Shown: positions 25,401 to 31,400 of the stretch, piece after piece
Layout: every line of letters begins with the position of its first letter
How positions within the stretch are numbered: position 1 is the first letter of the stretch
NCBI GenBank assembly: GCA_044221725.1
Contig: JBGAON010000001.1
Location: 224,001-288,000, forward strand
Direction: 5' to 3'
Length of the DNA: 64,000 bases
Source of the DNA: Elusimicrobiota bacterium
GTDB lineage: Bacteria; Elusimicrobiota; Elusimicrobia; F11
Notes under the pieces: model-generated
Seen by the model: only the letters and a program-made list of their open reading frames with translations
Databases searched by the model: none
What the model was told of the DNA's origin: nothing
Translations under genes and position numbers: made by a program

Positions 25401-28400
25401 AATCAGTTTACACTCGAACGGCGCGACGACTTCGATAACGCGACATCGCAATCCGTATCCAACGTGACGCTGGGTCTCGGGACCGGACAAGACACCACGC
25501 ATTCAAACGACAGCAAAACGTTTTACTTCACGCAGCCTCTGGATCAAGCCAGTCACATTAACACGATGGTGTTTAATATCGGCGTCTCGCAACTCAAATT
25601 CTCGTTCTATGACACGATGTCGTCTTTGCCGATAGGTGAAGATGGTCGCCTTGGCACCTGGCAAATTCGAGCGGACGGTCCACCGTTGACAGCGGCTGTC
25701 TATGAATTGCCGGTGAACGCAGGACCGACAGCCACCATTGGCGTCGACAATGCGAAACACTCGGTCGAGGCTGGTAAAACGACTTATCAAGGCGTGGTTC
25801 AAGAATTCCAATTCGAATTGTGGGATTCGTTTGCAAACCCAACGTTGGCGACCGAAACAATAAAGATCATCTTTACCAGCACACGTTCGGCGTCAGCGAC
25901 GAACGACGCGTTCGGATTCGTCACAAGTTCAAGTGTGGTATCGCTGCCGGGGCTCACGGCGCTCACGACCGGTACCATCGATATTGCATCCGGCACGTAT
26001 GTCAGTAACTTCTATTACTTCGATACACGCTCGAGTGAATCGTATGGAATATTGTCTTCCAGTCGTCCGGTGATCGGCGGTTACGCGGCGCAACGAAGCT
26101 GGCAAACAGCGGATCACTTTGTCGATATTCAACCGACGTTCGACTTCCAAAACAAAGTGGTGATCTTGTCGTCGCCAGCCGTGTTTGTCGCGGGTGGAAC
26201 GTCCACGGTTCGTCAAATTCAGTTGCAGGACAAATATTCCAACCCCACACCGGTTATTCTCGGTTCGGAGGACTCGAATGGCAACGGCATCCAATTCAAG
26301 TTGCAATCCGATTCCGCCGGCAATTACGGTTTTGCATCACCATCCACTGCGACATTCTCAACCGGAGACGGTTTGGCTCAGTTGATGTTGGGCCAACACA
26401 CAACCACGTATTACTTGCGCGACACAAAATCCGGGAACCATTTGCACACGGTACGGGAAAATCTGTCGCCGTCGCGTGGTTGGGCTATCGATACACAAAC
26501 ATACACGGTGGTTGCGGCGCCACCGTATAAGATTCTCTTTGTGACACCGGTCCGAAAACTGATCGCTGGCACAACGAATACCTACGCGGTGGGCGTCTCA
26601 ACTCCGAACATTCAGATACAGATGCAAGACGTCTATGACAACGTGGCTATTTCCACGTACTCGCAAGTGATCGACATCTTCTCGAATTCTTCTCTTGGAA
26701 AGGCTTCGGTGTCACCGAACGGAACCTTCGCGTCCATCTTCGGAGCAAACGCCTTGTCACTGACGTTCAGTGCAGGTATTTCGGAACGTGATTTCTTCTA
26801 CGAAGACGACACCACCGGTTTCCCTGTGTTGTCCGCTGTGCATCAACAAAATCTTTTGCGCTCAACAACGCAGCAGGTGATCATCACTCCAAACCGAGCG
26901 ACGAAGCTTTCGCTTGAGCATAACTTTAGTTTCACGTCACCGCTCAGCGTCCGAAACGAGGGAATTATTAATGTGGTAGCGCGTGACCAATTTAACAATG
27001 TCGCCGATGGTGGCGCGTCCATGGGTGAGAACAACGGCTATCTTTATTCCGGCACAATCATGTTATCGCAATCTGCGAGCACAACGTCCGTGACATTGTC
27101 TGGCGATGGTGTTGGAATATCCACCCTCACATTAACCGCATCGGCCACCGGCACCTTTACCGTGAAAGATTTGATTCAAGAGACTCTGCGCTTGTATGCG
27201 ACGGATTACGCCCGTCCCAGTGTTTACGGTCAAACAAACTTAGCTCCGTCGAACAGCGACATCACAACGACGGGTCTCGTTGGCACACCCGTCGATATGG
27301 CTCCCGAGCCCATTGGCGCTCGTTCGCCATTTAAAGACGCAATCTTCGTTCCGATCGCATTGGCACAAGGAGATGGGACCACGGCGGATAAACCAAACCC
27401 GGTTCCGATGTTGCGTATTCGCGCGGAAGTAAAACCAACCGGTATCAACACCTACGCTGTCTGGAAAGCCCTGCGCGTTACGAAACTCGGATCCATACCG
27501 AACCAAGATGTGATCGAAGTTGCCCTATGGAGAGATATGGGCTTTAAAGACGGTGAATTCGATCCGACCGATGATGGCAATGGCGTTACCGTCGGAGTTC
27601 CTCTGGCCACGGGAACATTCCAGAATGTTTCGGGCAACGATATTTGCGATTTGGACTTTACCGCGTCGTCCCAGACGGTTACGACGATTTTCCAGCAATA
27701 CTTCATAACGGTGCGCATAAGCACGACGGCCACCGAAAACACCACTTTGGGTGTGGGGGTGTTGGATTCGAGCGCGTTTACTATTCCGGCAGCCGAATCA
27801 ACGGCCCGGATTGCCGAAAACAACTTCCCCATGCTCTCGTACAAGTCAGACATTATCAAGACGCCAGCGCCTGTGATGATGAAGGTCACCGACATCGCCG
27901 CTTATTACAGCAACCAGAAGAGTTCGAGCGTGCCGCAAGGTTTGCCGGCCGCGGGATATTTGAAAGTCGCGGTTTGGACACGGAACTTCACCGGTGTGCT
28001 GGACAAAATTCGTGTCACGCGTATTGGAACGGCGAGCGATCTCGATGTGACGGACGTGCGGATGTACATGGACGGCTTGGACGGTACCAATGGCGACGGA
28101 TTCTTCCAGCCAGCGGGCGATACGTTGATCAATTCCAGTGTCGTGAGTTTCTCGACGAGCGCCGCGACATTGGATATTCAACCGAATCTGTTGGTTGACG
28201 GGACAACGAAATACATGTTCATTGTGATGGGGGTTGCCGAGTCGGCCCAGATTGGAGCGACGTTGGGCGTGCGTATTCCGTCGCGAACCGACGTGATTTT
28301 GACCGACGGTCTCATGGTTGACTTCAATCAGGATCCCACGATGCAATCGTTCCCAGTCCTTTCCGGAACACCGCCGATTGCCGCCACAAACGATCACTTG

Positions 28401-31400
28401 GTTATTAATCCGGTTCCGATTGCGCCTGCGGCAGCCATCCAGGGCGACAAAGACGTCGGACTCTTACGGCTCGATATGAACGCCAGCGATCACTCTGTCA
28501 TTCTCACGGGCATTCGTATCAACCGCAAGAACGCAAATCTTGTGAACAAGGCTGACGACGTGTCGGATATTCGGATTTACTACGACATTGACGGCGACAG
28601 GGTGTTTAACGCATCCGTCGATAAGATCGTCTCATCGACGAGCAAAGCTGTTAAATTTAACTCGACGACACTAACGTCTCCAATTTCGAATTCGGCGACG
28701 AATATCCCTGTGCAGTCAGTGGAAGATTTCCCAGTGGCTCCAGGACGCCTGGTTATCGAAGACAATTCCGGCAACCGCGAAGTTGTTACCTACGCCGGTA
28801 TCGACGCAGTATTCAACGAATTTACCGGAGTGACGCGGGGCGTTGAAGGCAGCACCCCCATTGCGCATGCTTCCAATGTCCAGCTCGACGGCCAGGCGTC
28901 GATTCCGGTGTTCGGTCCGTTTAACGGCCAAGAAATTCTGGGCAACCTGAAGTTCAAGCCCGAAACATTGTTGGCGGCGGATCTTGACGCGAGCACCGGG
29001 CCGATAACGATTTCCATCGCCGATACAACGGAGTTCCCAGCCAGCGGTGCGTTCCAAATTGGTTCCGAACTTGGCTTGACCTACACCGGTAAGACCGCAA
29101 CAACGTTAACAGGGGTTCGTCGAACCGCCGCTGTTTCGCACATTACCGGTGAATCTGTGTTTGGCGCGGCGCGCAACAAATCATTCTTTGTCGCCTACGA
29201 CATTGCCGATCTCGCGACACCGGGCCGCCTGGCTGGAGCGCAAACAGTTCTTGGCCTTGATATTCCAGCAACCTCCTATATTTCCGTTGGAGCGCCCGAC
29301 GTTGTGGACCCGGTGCCAAGCTTCAATGCGGAAATCGGCGACATATTTGAATACGGTGATTCAATCACGGTAACGTCCACAAACACATCAACCGGCAACA
29401 CGTTGCAACAACAGTCTGTGAATCAACCCATACTCCAAATGATGATGGCCACAAATAAAGCGGAGGCGTACTGGACGAACCTGGTTGTCACGGCGACCGG
29501 CACGGCAAATCCAGCCGATGTGAAACGAGTCTCCGTGTGGAGAGATGCGGACAACAACGGCGTATTCACAACGCAGAACGACGTGTTGATCGGCAGTGGA
29601 ACCTTCGGAAATACGGGCAATCCGAAACTTGCTTCGATTGCGTACGTCGCACAACAAAAACTTGTGACGAACAGTCGGAGCTTGGCTCAAGGTATAACGC
29701 AACGTTATTTCGTTACCGTTGACATGGAATCATTGGCGACGCCCGAAACGACGTTTGGCCTCGTGCTCGCGGGGCCCTCTTCGTTCTCCATGGTGCCGAC
29801 GCCGCCCAATTTGGACACCGTCGCGAATACGAATTTGCCGTTCGCGTCGAAGTTGCGCACGGTCATACCATCGCCACGTGTTGTGACTATTCAGCCAACA
29901 ATGCTTCATAGCAATTCGCTCGGAGTGTCAGCGACTCCGGTGGTGGACGTCGATATTACGGCGAGCGCCACGGCGATTCCAATCCGACCGAACACATTGG
30001 GATTGCCGACCTCGGGTTATGCGGTCATCGATTCCGAAGTTGTGTTTTATGCCACGAAAAGCAACGGTGCCCTTCAAAGTGTATCCCGTGCCCAATTGGG
30101 TACGGTTGCGAATGCTCATCTGGGGGGATCGCAACTTGGTGTGTACTACACGCAAGGCGATCTCAACAACGCGTACATGAAACTGCTTGTTTCGTGTAAC
30201 GGATTCAACGTTCGCTGGTTCTCGCTAAAACTCAACCGCTATTTGCCCGCGGGTTCTATTAAGGGCGATGATCAAGACGTGACGATGATCCATGTTTGGA
30301 AAGATAACGGGAATGGAATCCTCGATCGCGATCCAAGCACCGGTCAAATTCCGCCCGGAACCGAAGTTCTCGTCGGTGAAAAAGCCCTTGGAACGAATGG
30401 GGATGCCGGTGGAACCGCTTCCATCGCTCTAAACGACCCGACCGCTGGAAGTCCGGGTTTCGCGCTTGTCACGTCGCAGCAGACCACGTATTGGATTACG
30501 GTCGATGTGAATCCGACCGCGCTATTTGACGATTTGCTTGGCTTTAAGATTCAAGCCCCAGCGAGTTTCACGATTGGCGCGCTCACCGCCAACGACGGCA
30601 TCCATTCGGTGTCGACGACCAGCATCCCCATCACCTCGGCCGCGAGCGTTATTCGTCCGACCATCGACACGATGAAAATCTTTATTGAAGACCTGGCGCC
30701 GCCGCAGGTTACGCAAAACAAGAAATTTGTGCCGATCGCCCGAATCAATCTTAAAACCGATGCGAACACCGCCGTGTGGCAGAAACTCCGTGTTGACTTG
30801 ACCACCGACAACGGTGCTGTTAGCGGTGACGTATCGGCGATCCGTCTCTTCAAAGACGTCGGAAACGACACGATCTTTAATGTTCAGGAAACGTCCACAG
30901 ACGTTAACGGGAAACTAATAAACATGTTGTCCCAAGGGACCGAAACCTTTAACGATAAGGTCACCACGCTTATTTTAAATCCGCAGGTCATCGAATCGGA
31001 AACCGTGAATCCGGCAGGCCAAAACTATTTCTTGGCCTATGACATTAACGCGTTTGCGCAGGTCGGCGTAAACGTGGGCGCGCAAATTGCGACAACCGAT
31101 TATTTCACAATCGCCTACCCCGACGTTGAGACATTCAACGCGGTGACGCCGCCGTTCCTAAGTTCACGCTCGAATATTGTGGCGGTATCGAACCAAATCA
31201 CGCTGTCGGTAGATGACAACGCGAAACAGGTGGCGAACACCGGCGGAACCTATCAAGCGAGTCAGAACGTCGAAGTCATGCGATTCACTCTGACCACGGA
31301 TATTTCACAGGCCTATTGGAATGCCATTCGAATCGAACGAAACGGATCGTCTCCGACACAAGGATTTCAATACGGTCACAACGAAGATGTGAAGTACGTG

